From positions 211,730,001 through 211,794,000 of the forward strand of contig OZ024743.1 in assembly GCA_964016885.1 (NCBI GenBank): DNA of 64,000 nt. The letters run 5' to 3'. The notes beneath the pieces were generated by a model that saw only the letters and a list, made by a program, of their open reading frames with translations, was not told where the DNA came from and searched no databases. Shown piece after piece: positions 37,301-52,116 of the stretch (positions are counted from its first letter, which is position 1; each line of letters opens with the position of its first letter). A program made the position numbers and the translations under genes. This stretch comes from Eledone cirrhosa. Lineage: Eukaryota.

Positions 37301-40300
37301 ATTAGAGATCGATCCGACCACGGGCGGCCGGCCCACGATCGAGAAAAAGGTAACTCCGCCGGCAAATCGTCATTTTTGTGATCCGTTTTCTTCGAAGCAC
37401 ACCATTCGCCGCCGGACTTCAGCTGCCTCATTTAGCATGGGCAGTTTTTTTTGAAAATCACACCACACACAACCAATGTGTGTCTAAACATGTACCAGTA
37501 ATTACAGATCGATCCGACCACGGGCGGCCGGCCCGCGATTGAAAAGGTAACTCCGCCGGCAAATCGTCATTTTTGTGATTCGTTTTCTTCGAAGCACACC
37601 ATTCGCCGCCGGACTTCAGCTGCCTCATTTAGCATGGGCAGTTTTTTTTGAAAATCACACCACACACAACCAATGTGTGTCTGCACATGTACCAGTAATT
37701 ACAGATCGATCCCACCACGAGTTCAATGTAAACAAACTTACGCTCAACGACTTTGTTGACGTTTAACACGGTTTGGTTCCACAGCCACAACTATTGATTT
37801 TACGGAGATATCTTGCTGAAATTCACGCCACACATAGCCAATGAGTGTCTGCACATGTACCAGTAATTACAGATCGATCCGACCAGGGGCGGCCGGCCCG
37901 CGATTGAAAAGGTAACTCCGCCGGCAAATCGTCATTTTCGGATTCGTTTTCTTCGAAGCACACCATTCGCCGGCGGACTTCAGCTGCCTCATTTAGCATG
38001 GGCAGTTTTTCTTGAAGATCACACCACACACAGCCAATGAGTGTCTGCACATGTACCAGTAATTACAGATGGATCCCACCACGGGCGGCCGGCCCACAAT
38101 CGAAAAGGTTACTCCGCCTGCAAATCGTCATTTTCGGATTCGTTTTCTTCGAAGCACACCATTCGCCGGCGGACTTCAGCTGCCTCATTTAGCATGGGCA
38201 GTTTTTCTTGAAGATCACACCACACACAGCCAATGAGTGTCTGCACATGTACCAGTAATTAGAGATCGATCCGACCACGGGCGGCCGGCCCGCGATTGAA
38301 AAGGTAACTCCGCCGGCAAATCGTCATTTTTGTGATTCGTTTTCTTCGAAGCACACCTTTCGCCGCCGGACTTCAGCTGCCTCATTTAGCATGGGCAGTT
38401 TTTTTTGAAAATCACACCACACACAACCAATGTGTGTCTGCACATGTACCAGTAATTACAGATCGATCCCACCACGAGTTCAATGTAAACTAACTTACGC
38501 TCAACGACTTTGTTGACGTTTAACACGGTTTGGTTCCACAGCCACAACTATTGATTTTAAGGAGATATCTTGCTGAAATTCACGCCACACATAGCCAATG
38601 AGTGTCTGCACATGTACCAGTAATTACAGATCGATGCGACCAGGGGCGGCCGGCCCGCGATTGAAAAGGTAACTCCGCCGGCAAATCGTCATTTTTGGAT
38701 TCGTTTTCTTCGAAGCACACCATTCGCCGGCGGACTTTGTTGACGTTTAACACGGTTTGGTTCCACAGCCACAACTATTGATTTTAAGGAGATATCTTGC
38801 TGAAATTCACGCCACACATAGCCAATGAGTGTCTGCACATTTACCAGTAATTACAGATCGATCCGACCACGGACGGCCGGCCCGCGATTGAAAAGGTAAC
38901 TCCGCCGGCAAATCGTCATTTTTGTGATCCGTTTTCTTCGAAGCACACCATTCGCCGGCGGACTTCAGCTGCCTCATTTAGCATGGGCAGTTTTTCTTGA
39001 AGATCACACCACACACAGCCAATGAGTGTCTGCACATGTACCAGTAATTAGAGATCGATCCGACCACGGGCGGCCGGCCCACGATCGAGAAAAAGGTAAC
39101 TCCGCCGGCAAATCGTCATTTTTGTGATCCGTTTTCTTCGAAGCACACCATTCGCCGCCGGACTTCAGCTGCCTCATTTAGCATGGGCAGTTTTTTTTGA
39201 AAATCACACCACACACAACCAATGTGTGTCTAAACATGTACCAGTAATTACAGATCGATCCGACCACGGGCGGCCGGCCCGCGATTGAAAAGGTAACTCC
39301 GCCGGCAAATCGTCATTTTTGTGATTCGTTTTCTTCGAAGCACACCATTCGCCGCCGGACTTCAGCTGCCTCATTTAGCATGGGCAGTTTTTTTTGAAAA
39401 TCACACCACACACAACCAATGTGTGTCTGCACATGTACCAGTAATTACAGATCGATCCCACCACGAGTTCAATGTAAACAAACTTACGCTCAACGACTTT
39501 GTTGACGTTTAACACGGTTTGGTTCCACAGCCACAACTATTGATTTTACGGAGATATCTTGCTGAAATTCACGCCACACATAGCCAATGAGTGTCTGCAC
39601 ATGTACCAGTAATTACAGATCGATCCGACCAGGGGCGGCCGGCCCGCGATTGAAAAGGTAACTCCGCCGGCAAATCGTCATTTTCGGATTCGTTTTCTTC
39701 GAAGCACACCATTCGCCGGCGGACTTCAGCTGCCTCATTTAGCATGGGCAGTTTTTCTTGAAGATCACACCACACACAGCCAATGAGTGTCTGCACATGT
39801 ACCAGTAATTACAGATGGATCCCACCACGGGCGGCCGGCCCACAATCGAAAAGGTTACTCCGCCTGCAAATCGTCATTTTCGGATTCGTTTTCTTCGAAG
39901 CACACCATTCGCCGGCGGACTTCAGCTGCCTCATTTAGCATGGGCAGTTTTTCTTGAAGATCACACCACACACAGCCAATGAGTGTCTGCACATGTACCA
40001 GTAATTAGAGATCGATCCGACCACGGGCGGCCGGCCCACGATCGAGAAAAAGGTAACTCCGCCGGCAAATCGTCATTTTTGTGATCCGTTTTCTTCGAAG
40101 CACACCATTCGCCGCCGGACTTCAGCTGCCTCATTTAGGATGGGCAGTTTTTTTTGAAAATCACACCACACACAACCAATGTGTGTCTGCACATGTACCA
40201 GTAATTACAGATCGATCCCACCACGAGTTCAATGTAAACTAACTTACGCTCAACGACTTTGTTGACGTTTAACACGGTTTGGTTCCACAGCCACAACTAT

Positions 40301-43300
40301 TGATTTTAAGGAGATATCTTGCTGAAATTCACGCCACACATAGCCAATGAGTGTCTGCACATGTACCAGTAATTACAGATCGATGCGACCAGGGGCGGCC
40401 GGCCCGCGATTGAAAAGGTAACTCCGCCGGCAAATCGTCATTTTTGGATTCGTTTTCTTCGAAGCACACCATTCGCCGGCGGACTTTGTTGACGTTTAAC
40501 ACGGTTTGGTTCCACAGCCACAACTATTGATTTTAAGGAGATATCTTGCTGAAATTCACGCCACACATAGCCAATGAGTGTCTGCACATTTACCAGTAAT
40601 TACAGATCGATCCGACCACGGGCGGCCGGCCCGCGATTGAAAAGGTAACTCCGCCGGCAAATCGTCATTTTTGTGATCCGTTTTCTTCGAAGCACACCAT
40701 TCGCCGCCGGACTTCAGCTGCCTCATTTAGCATGGGCAGTTTTTTTTGAAAATCACACCACACACAACCAATGTGTGTCTGCACATGTACCAGTAATTAC
40801 AGATCGATCCCACCACGGGCGGCCGGCCCACAATCGAAAAGGTTACTCCGCCTGCAAATCGTCATTTTCGGATTCGTTTTCTTCGAAGCACACCATTCGC
40901 CGGCGGACTTCAGCTGCCTCATTTAGCATGGGCAGTTTTTCTTGAAGATCACACCACACACAGCCAATGAGTGTCTGCACATGTACCAGTAATTAGAGAT
41001 CGATCCGACCACGGGCGGCCGGCCCACGATCGAGAAAAAGGTAACTCCGCCGGCAAATCGTCATTTTTGTGATCCGTTTTCTTCGAAGCACACCATTCGC
41101 CGCCGGACTTCAGCTGCCTCATTTAGCATGGGCAGTTTTTTTTGAAAATCACACCACACACAACCAATGTGTGTCTAAACATGTACCAGTAATTACAGAT
41201 CGATCCGACCACGGGCGGCCGGCCCGCGATTGAAAAGGTAACTCCGCCGGCAAATCGTCATTTTTGTGATTCGTTTTCTTCGAAGCACACCATTCGCCGC
41301 CGGACTTCAGCTGCCTCATTTAGCATGGGCAGTTTTTTTTGAAAATCACACCACACACAACCAATGTGTGTCTGCACATGTACCAGTAATTACAGATCGA
41401 TCCCACCACGAGTTCAATGTAAACAAACTTACGCTCAACGACTTTGTTGACGTTTAACACGGTTTGGTTCCACAGCCACAACTATTGATTTTACGGAGAT
41501 ATCTTGCTGAAATTCACGCCACACATAGCCAATGAGTGTCTGCACATGTACCAGTAATTACAGATCGATCCGACCAGGGGCGGCCGGCCCGCGATTGAAA
41601 AGGTAACTCCGCCGGCAAATCGTCATTTTCGGATTCGTTTTCTTCGAAGCACACCATTCGCCGGCGGACTTCAGCTGCCTCATTTAGCATGGGCAGTTTT
41701 TCTTGAAGATCACACCACACACAGCCAATGAGTGTCTGCACATGTACCAGTAATTACAGATGGATCCCACCACGGGCGGCCGGCCCACAATCGAAAAGGT
41801 TACTCCGCCTGCAAATCGTCATTTTCGGATTCGTTTTCTTCGAAGCACACCATTCGCCGGCGGACTTCAGCTGCCTCATTTAGCATGGGCAGTTTTTCTT
41901 GAAGATCACACCACACACAGCCAATGAGTGTCTGCACATGTACCAGTAATTAGAGATCGATCCGACCACGGGCGGCCGGCCCGCGATTGAAAAGGTAACT
42001 CCGCCGGCAAATCGTCATTTTTGTGATTCGTTTTCTTCGAAGCACACCATTCGCCGCCGGACTTCAGCTGCCTCATTTAGCATGGGCAGTTTTTTTTGAA
42101 AATCACACCACACACAACCAATGTGTGTCTGCACATGTACCAGTAATTACAGATCGATCCCACCACGAGTTCAATGTAAACTAACTTACGCTCAACGACT
42201 TTGTTGACGTTTAACACGGTTTGGTTCCACAGCCACAACTATTGATTTTAAGGAGATATCTTGCTGAAATTCACGCCACACATAGCCAATGAGTGTCTGC
42301 ACATGTACCAGTAATTACAGATCGATGCGACCAGGGGCGGCCGGCCCGCGATTGAAAAGGTAACTCCGCCGGCAAATCGTCATTTTTGGATTCGTTTTCT
42401 TCGAAGCACACCATTCGCCGGCGGACTTTGTTGACGTTTAACACGGTTTGGTTCCACAGCCACAACTATTGATTTTAAGGAGATATCTTGCTGAAATTCA
42501 CGCCACACATAGCCAATGAGTGTCTGCACATTTACCAGTAATTACAGATCGATCCGACCACGGGCGGCCGGCCCGCGATTGAAAAGGTAACTCCGCCGGC
42601 AAATCGTCATTTTTGTGATCCGTTTTCTTCGAAGCACACCATTCGCCGCCGGACTTCAGCTGCCTCATTTAGCATGGGCAGTTTTTTTTGAAAATCACAC
42701 CACACACAAGCAATGTGTGTCTGCACATGTACCAGTAATTACAGATCGATCCCACCACGGGCGGCCGGCCCACAATCGAAAAGGTTACTCCGCCTGCAAA
42801 TCGTCATTTTCGGATTCGTTTTCTTCGAAGCACACCATTCGCCGGCGGACTTCAGCTGCCTCATTTAGCATGGGCAGTTTTTCTTGAAGATCACACCACA
42901 CACAGCCAATGAGTGTCTGCACATGTACCAGTAATTAGAGATCGATCCGACCACGGGCGGCCGGCCCACGATCGAGAAAAAGGTAACTCCGCCGGCAAAT
43001 CGTCATTTTTGTGATCCGTTTTCTTCGAAGCACACCATTCGCCGCCGGACTTCAGCTGCCTCATTTAGCATGGGCAGTTTTTTTTGAAAATCACACCACA
43101 CACAACCAATGTGTGTCTAAACATGTACCAGTAATTACAGATCGATCCGACCACGGGCGGCCGGCCCGCGATTGAAAAGGTAACTCCGCCGGCAAATCGT
43201 CATTTTTGTGATTCGTTTTCTTCGAAGCACACCATTCGCCGCCGGACTTCAGCTGCCTCATTTAGCATGGGCAGTTTTTTTTTAAAATCACACCACACAC

Positions 43301-46300
43301 AACCAATGTGTGTCTGCACATGTACCAGTAATTACAGATCGATCCCACCACGAGTTCAATGTAAACAAACTTACGCTCAACGACTTTGTTGACGTTTAAC
43401 ACGGTTTGGTTCCACAGCCACAACTATTGATTTTACGGAGATATCTTGCTGAAATTCACGCCACACATAGCCAATGAGTGTCTGCACATGTACCAGTAAT
43501 TACAGATCGATCCGACCAGGGGCGGCCGGCCCGCGATTGAAAAGGTAACTCCGCCGGCAAATCGTCATTTTCGGATTCGTTTTCTTCGAAGCACACCATT
43601 CGCCGGCGGACTTCAGCTGCCTCATTTAGCATGGGCAGTTTTTCTTGAAGATCACACCACACACAGCCAATGAGTGTCTGCACATGTACCAGTAATTACA
43701 GATGGATCCCACCACGGGCGGCCGGCCCACAATCGAAAAGGTTACTCCGCCTGCAAATCGTCATTTTCGGATTCGTTTTCTTCGAAGCACACCATTCGCC
43801 GGCGGACTTCAGCTGCCTCATTTAGCATGGGCAGTTTTTCTTGAAGATCACACCACACACAGCCAATGAGTGTCTGCACATGTACCAGTAATTAGAGATC
43901 GATCCGACCACGGGCGGCCGGCCCGCGATTGAAAAGGTAACTCCGCCGGCAAATCGTCATTTTTGTGATTCGTTTTCTTCGAAGCACACCATTCGCCGCC
44001 GGACTTCAGCTGCCTCATTTAGCATGGGCAGTTTTTTTTGAAAATCACACCACACACAACCAATGTGTGTCTGCACATGTACCAGTAATTACAGATCGAT
44101 CCCACCACGAGTTCAATGTAAACTAACTTACGCTCAACGACTTTGTTGACGTTTAACACGGTTTGGTTCCACAGCCACAACTATTGATTTTAAGGAGATA
44201 TCTTGCTGAAATTCACGCCACACATAGCCAATGAGTGTCTGCACATGTACCAGTAATTACAGATCGATGCGACCAGGGGCGGCCGGCCCGCGATTGAAAA
44301 GGTAACTCCGCCGGCAAATCGTCATTTTTGGATTCGTTTTCTTCGAAGCACACCATTCGCCGGCGGACTTTGTTGACGTTTAACACGGTTTGGTTCCACA
44401 GCCACAACTATTGATTTTAAGGAGATATCTTGCTGAAATTCACGCCACACATAGCCAATGAGTGTCTGCACATTTACCAGTAATTACAGATCGATCCGAC
44501 CACGGGCGGCCGGCCCGCGATTGAAAAGGTAACTCCGCCGGCAAATCGTCATTTTTGTGATCCGTTTTCTTCGAAGCACACCATTCGCCGCCGGACTTCA
44601 GCTGCCTCATTTAGCATGGGCAGTTTTTTTTGAAAATCACACCACACACAAGCAATGTGTGTCTGCACATGTACCAGTAATTACAGATCGATCCCACCAC
44701 GGGCGGCCGGCCCACAATCGAAAAGGTTACTCCGCCTGCAAATCGTCATTTTCGGATTCGTTTTCTTCGAAGCACACCATTCGCCGGCGGACTTCAGCTG
44801 CCTCATTTAGCATGGGCAGTTTTTCTTGAAGATCACACCACACACAGCCAATGAGTGTCTGCACATGTACCAGTAATTAGAGATCGATCCGACCACGGGC
44901 GGCCGGCCCACGATCGAGAAAAAGGTAACTCCGCCGGCAAATCGTCATTTTTGTGATCCGTTTTCTTCGAAGCACACCATTCGCCGCCGGACTTCAGCTG
45001 CCTCATTTAGCATGGGCAGTTTTTTTTGAAAATCACACCACACACAACCAATGTGTGTCTAAACATGTACCAGTAATTACAGATCGATCCGACCACGGGC
45101 GGCCGGCCCGCGATTGAAAAGGTAACTCCGCCGGCAAATCGTCATTTTTGTGATTCGTTTTCTTCGAAGCACACCATTCGCCGCCGGACTTCAGCTGCCT
45201 CATTTAGCATGGGCAGTTTTTTTTTAAAATCACACCACACACAACCAATGTGTGTCTGCACATGTACCAGTAATTACAGATCGATCCCACCACGAGTTCA
45301 ATGTAAACAAACTTACGCTCAACGACTTTGTTGACGTTTAACACGGTTTGGTTCCACAGCCACAACTATTGATTTTACGGAGATATCTTGCTGAAATTCA
45401 CGCCACACATAGCCAATGAGTGTCTGCACATGTACCAGTAATTACAGATCGATCCGACCAGGGGCGGCCGGCCCGCGATTGAAAAGGTAACTCCGCCGGC
45501 AAATCGTCATTTTTGTGATTCGTTTTCTTCGAAGCACACCATTCGCCGGCGGACTTTGTTGACGTTTAACACGGTTTGGTTCCACAGCCACAACTATTGA
45601 TTTTAAGGAGATATCTTGCTGAAATTCACGCCACACATAGCCAATGAGTGTCTGCACATGTACCAGTAATTACAGATGGATCCCACCACGGGCGGCCGGC
45701 CCACAATCGAAAAGGTTACTCCGCCTGCAAATCGTCATTTTCGGATTCGTTTTCTTCGAAGCACACCATTCGCCGGCGGACTTCAGCTGCCTCATTTAGC
45801 ATGGGCAGTTTTTCTTGAAGATCACACCACACACAGCCAATGAGTGTCTGCACATGTACCAGTAATTAGAGATCGATCCGACCACGGGCGGCCGGCCCAC
45901 GATCGAGAAAAAGGTAACTCCGCCGGCAAATCGTCATTTTTGTGATCCGTTTTCTTCGAAGCACACCATTCGCCGCCGGACTTCAGCTGCCTCATTTAGG
46001 ATGGGCAGTTTTTTTTGAAAATCACACCACACACAACCAATGTGTGTCTGCACATGTACCAGTAATTACAGATCGATCCGACCACGGGCGGCCGGCCCGC
46101 GATTGAAAAGGTAACTCCGCCGGCAAATCGTCATTTTTGTGATTCGTTTTCTTCGAAGCACACCATTCGCCGCCGGACTTCAGCTGCCTCATTTAGCATC
46201 GGCAGTTTTTTTTGAAAATCACACCACACACAACCAATGTGTGTCTGCACATGTACCAGTAATTACAGATCGATCCCACCACGAGTTCAATGTAAACAAA

Positions 46301-49300
46301 CTTACGCTCAACGACTTTGTTGACGTTTAACACGGTTTGGTTCCACAGCCACAACTATTGATTTTAAGGAGATATCTTGCTGAAATTCACGCCACACATA
46401 GCCAATGAGTGTCTGCACTTGTACCAGTAATTACAGATCGATGCGACCAGGGGCGGCCGGCCCGCGATTGAAAAGGTAACTCCGCCGGCAAATCGTCATT
46501 TTTGGATTCGTTTTCTTCGAAGCACACCATTCGCCGGCGGACTTTGTTGACGTTTAACACGGTTTGGTTCCACAGCCACAACTATTGATTTTAAGGAGAT
46601 ATCTTGCTGAAATTCACGCCACACATAGCCAATGAGTGTCTGCACATTTACCAGTAATTACAGATCGATCCGACCACGGGCGGCCGGCCCGCGATTGAAA
46701 AGGTAACTCCGCCGGCAAATCGTCATTTTTGTGATCCGTTTTCTTCGAAGCACACCATTCGCCGCCGGACTTCAGCTGCCTCATTTAGCATGGGCAGTGT
46801 TTTTTGAAAATCACACCACACACAACCAATGTGTGTCTGCACATGTACCAGTAATTACAGATCGATCCCACCACGGGCGGCCGGCCCACAATCGAAAAGG
46901 TTACTCCGCCTGCAAATCGTCATTTTCGGATTCGTTTTCTTCGAAGCACACCATTCGCCGGCGGACTTCAGCTGCCTCATTTAGCATGGGCAGTTTTTCT
47001 TGAAGATCACACCACACACAGCCAATGAGTGTCTGCACATGTACCAGTAATTAGAGATCGATCCGACCACGGGCGGCCGGCCCACGATCGAGAAAAAGGT
47101 AACTCCGCCGGCAAATCGTCATTTTTGTGATCCGTTTTCTTCGAAGCACACCATTCGCCGCCGGACTTCAGCTGCCTCATTTAGCATGGGCAGTTTTTTT
47201 TGAAAATCACACCACACACAACCAATGTGTGTCTAAACATGTACCAGTAATTACAGATCGATCCGACCACGGGCGGCCGGCCCGCGATTGAAAAGGTAAC
47301 TCCGCCGGCAAATCGTCATTTTTGTGATTCGTTTTCTTCGAAGCACACCATTCGCCGCCGGACTTCAGCTGCCTCATTTAGCATGGGCAGTTTTTTTTGA
47401 AAATCACACCACACACAACCAATGTGTGTCTGCACATGTACCAGTAATTACAGATCGATCCCACCACGAGTTCAATGTAAACAAACTTACGCTCAACGAC
47501 TTTGTTGACGTTTAACACGGTTTGGTTCCACAGCCACAACTATTGATTTTACGGAGATATCTTGCTGAAATTCACGCCACACATAGCCAATGAGTGTCTG
47601 CACATGTACCAGTAATTACAGATCGATCCGACCAGGGGCGGCCGGCCCGCGATTGAAAAGGTAACTCCGCCGGCAAATCGTCATTTTTGTGATTCGTTTT
47701 CTTCGAAGCACACCATTCGCCGGCGGACTTTGTTGACGTTTAACACGGTTTGGTTCCACAGCCACAACTATTGATTTTAAGGAGATATCTTGCTGAAATT
47801 CACGCCACACATAGCCAATGAGTGTCTGCACATGTACCAGTAATTACAGATGGATCCCACCACGGGCGGCCGGCCCACAATCGAAAAGGTTACTCCGCCT
47901 GCAAATCGTCATTTTCGGATTCGTTTTCTTCGAAGCACACCATTCGCCGGCGGACTTCAGCTGCCTCATTTAGCATGGGCAGTTTTTCTTGAAGATCACA
48001 CCACACACAGCCAATGAGTGTCTGCACATGTACCAGTAATTAGAGATCGATCCGACCACGGGCGGCCGGCCCACGATCGAGAAAAAGGTAACTCCGCCGG
48101 CAAATCGTCATTTTTGTGATCCGTTTTCTTCGAAGCACACCATTCGCCGCCGGACTTCAGCTGCCTCATTTAGGATGGGCAGTTTTTTTTGAAAATCACA
48201 CCACACACAACCAATGTGTGTCTGCACATGTACCAGTAATTACAGATCGATCCGACCACGGGCGGCCGGCCCGCGATTGAAAAGGTAACTCCGCCGGCAA
48301 ATCGTCATTTTTGTGATTCGTTTTCTTCGAAGCACACCATTCGCCGCCGGACTTCAGCTGCCTCATTTAGCATGGGCAGTTTTTTTTGAAAATCACACCA
48401 CACACAACCAATGTGTGTCTGCACATGTACCAGTAATTACAGATCGATCCCACCACGAGTTCAATGTAAACTAACTTACGCTCAACGACTTTGTTGACGT
48501 TTAACACGGTTTGGTTCCACAGCCACAACTATTGATTTTAAGGAGATATCTTGCTGAAATTCAGGCCACACATAGCCAATGAGTGTCTGCACATGTACCA
48601 GTAATTACAGATGGATCCCACCACGGGCGGCCGGCCCACAATCGAAAAGGTTACTCCGCCTGCAAATCGTCATTTTCGGATTCGTTTTCTTCGAAGCACA
48701 CCATTCGCCGGCGGACTTCAGCTGCCTCATTTAGCATGGGCAGTTTTTCTTGAAGATCACACCACACACAGCCAATGAGTGTCTGCACATGTACCAGTAA
48801 TTAGAGATCGATCCGACCACGGGCGGCCGGCCCACGATCGAGAAAAAGGTAACTCCGCCGGCAAATCGTCATTTTTGTGATCCGTTTTCTTCGAAGCACA
48901 CCATTCGCCGCCGGACTTCAGCTGCCTCATTTAGGATGGGCAGTTTTTTTTGAAAATCACACCACACACAACCAATGTGTGTCTGCACATGTACCAGTAA
49001 TTACAGATCGATCCGACCACGGGCGGCCGGCCCGCGATTGAAAAGGTAACTCCGCCGGCAAATCGTCATTTTTGTGATTCGTTTTCTTCGAAGCACACCA
49101 TTCGCCGCCGGACTTCAGCTGCCTCATTTAGCATCGGCAGTTTTTTTTGAAAATCACACCACACACAACCAATGTGTGTCTGCACATGTACCAGTAATTA
49201 CAGATCGATCCCACCACGAGTTCAATGTAAACAAACTTACGCTCAACGACTTTGTTGACGTTTAACACGGTTTGGTTCCACAGCCACAACTATTGATTTT

Positions 49301-52116
49301 AAGGAGATATCTTGCTGAAATTCACGCCACACATAGCCAATGAGTGTCTGCACATGTACCAGTAATTACAGATCGATGCGACCAGGGGCGGCCGGCCCGC
49401 GATTGAAAAGGTAACTCCGCCGGCAAATCGTCATTTTTGGATTCGTTTTCTTCGAAGCACACCATTCGCCGGCGGACTTTGTTGACGTTTAACACGGTTT
49501 GGTTCCACAGCCACAACTATTGATTTTAAGGAGATATCTTGCTGAAATTCACGCCACACATAGCCAATGAGTGTCTGCACATTTACCAGTAATTACAGAT
49601 CGATCCGACCACGGGCGGCCGGCCCGCGATTGAAAAGGTAACTCCGCCGGCAAATCGTCATTTTTGTGATCCGTTTTCTTCGAAGCACACCATTCGCCGC
49701 CGGACTTCAGCTGCCTCATTTAGCATGGGCAGTTTTTTTTGAAAATCACACCACACACAACCAATGTGTGTCTGCACATGTACCAGTAATTACAGATCGA
49801 TCCCACCACGGGCGGCCGGCCCACAATCGAAAAGGTTACTCCGCCTGCAAATCGTCATTTTCGGATTCGTTTTCTTCGAAGCACACCATTCGCCGGCGGA
49901 CGTCAGCTGCCTCATTTAGCATGGGCAGTTTTTCTTGAAGATCACACCACACACAGCCAATGAGTGTCTGCACATGTACCAGTAATTAGAGATCGATCCG
50001 ACCACGGGCGGCCGGCCCACGATCGAGAAAAAGGTAACTCCGCCGGCAAATCGTCATTTTTGTGATCCGTTTTCTTCGAAGCACACCATTCGCCGCCGGA
50101 CTTCAGCTGCCTCATTTAGCATGGGCAGTTTTTTTTGAAAATCACACCACACACAACCAATGTGTGTCTAAACATGTACCAGTAATTACAGATCGATCCG
50201 ACCACGGGCGGCCGGCCCGCGATTGAAAAGGTAACTCCGCCGGCAAATCGTCATTTTTGTGATTCGTTTTCTTCGAAGCACACCATTCGCCGCCGGACTT
50301 CAGCTGCCTCATTTAGCATGGGCAGTTTTTTTTGAAAATCACACCACACACAACCAATGTGTGTCTGCACATGTACCAGTAATTACAGATCGATCCCACC
50401 ACGAGTTCAATGTAAACAAACTTACGCTCAACGACTTTGTTGACGTTTAACACGGTTTGGTTCCACAGCCACAACTATTGATTTTACGGAGATATCTTGC
50501 TGAAATTCACGCCACACATAGCCAATGAGTGTCTGCACATGTACCAGTAATTACAGATCGATCCGACCAGGGGCGGCCGGCCCGCGATTGAAAAGGTAAC
50601 TCCGCCGGCAAATCGTCATTTTTGTGATTCGTTTTCTTCGAAGCACACCATTCGCCGGCGGACTTTGTTGACGTTTAACACGGTTTGGTTCCACAGCCAC
50701 AACTATTGATTTTAAGGAGATATCTTGCTGAAATTCACGCCACACATAGCCAATGAGTGTCTGCACATGTACCAGTAATTACAGATGGATCCCACCACGG
50801 GCGGCCGGCCCACAATCGAAAAGGTTACTCCGCCTGCAAATCGTCATTTTCGGATTCGTTTTCTTCGAAGCACACCATTCGCCGGCGGACTTCAGCTGCC
50901 TCATTTAGCATGGGCAGTTTTTCTTGAAGATCACACCACACACAGCCAATGAGTGTCTGCACATGTACCAGTAATTAGAGATCGATCCGGCCACGGGCGG
51001 CCGGCCCACGATCGAGAAAAAGGTAACTCCGCCGGCAAATCGTCATTTTTGTGATCCGTTTTCTTCGAAGCACACCATTCGCCGCCGGACTTCAGCTGCC
51101 TCATTTAGGATGGGCAGTTTTTTTTGAAAATCACACCACACACAACCAATGTGTGTCTGCACATGTACCAGTAATTACAGATCGATCCGACCACGGGCGG
51201 CCGGCCCGCGATTGAAAAGGTAACTCCGCCGGCAAATCGTCATTTTTGTGATTCGTTTTCTTCGAAGCACACCATTCGCCGCCGGACTTCAGCTGCCTCA
51301 TTTAGCATGGGCAGTTTTTTTTGAAAATCACACCACACACAACCAATGTGTGTCTGCACATGTACCAGTAATTACAGATCGATCCCACCACGAGTTCAAT
51401 GTAAACTAACTTACGCTCAACGACTTTGTTGACGTTTAACACGGTTTGGTTCCACAGCCACAACTATTGATTTTAAGGAGATATCTTGCTGAAATTCACG
51501 CCACACATAGCCAATGAGTGTCTGCACATTTACCAGTAATTACAGATCGATCCGACCACGGGCGGCCGGCCCGCGATTGAAAAGGTAACTCCGCCGGCAA
51601 ATCGTCATTTTTGTGATCCGTTTTCTTCGAAGCACACCATTCGCCGCCGGACTTCAGCTGCCTCATTTAGCATGGGCATTTTTTTTTGAAAATCACACCA
51701 CACACAACCAATGTGTGTCTGCACATGTACCAGTAATTACAGATCGATCCCACCACGGGCGGCCGGCCCACAATCGAAAAGGTTACTCCGCCTGCAAATC
51801 GTCATTTTCGGATTCGTTTTCTTCGAAGCACACCATTCGCCGGCGGACTTCAGCTGCCTCATTTAGCATGGGCAGTTTTTCTTGAAGATCACACCACACA
51901 CAGCCAATGAGTGTCTGCACATGTACCAGTAATTAGAGATCGATCCGACCACGGGCGGCCGGCCCACGATCGAGAAAAAGGTAACTCCGCCGGCAAATCG
52001 TCATTTTTGTGATCCGTTTTCTTCGAAGCACACCATTCGCCGCCGGACTTCAGCTGCCTCATTTAGCATGGGCAGTTTTTTTTGAAAATCACACCACACA
52101 CAACCAATGTGTGTCT
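28328..52116 (+). repeat. Copy 2 of the >20-kb segmental duplication, longer by a 988-bp and a 1942-bp block
   Basis: The offset steps from 28327 to 29315 (+988, near 30600-31590) and from 29315 to 31257 (+1942, within 41500-45500). Collinearity breaks at 20860 (G) vs 52117 (A). Confidence 0.93.
40161..45570 (+). repeat. 1942-bp 10-monomer higher-order repeat (1185+757), ~2.7 copies here vs ~1.7 at 10846-14250
   Basis: ORF offsets 40329/42271/44213, 40673/42615/44557 and 41514/43456 are all 1942. Boundaries are approximate. Confidence 0.88.
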
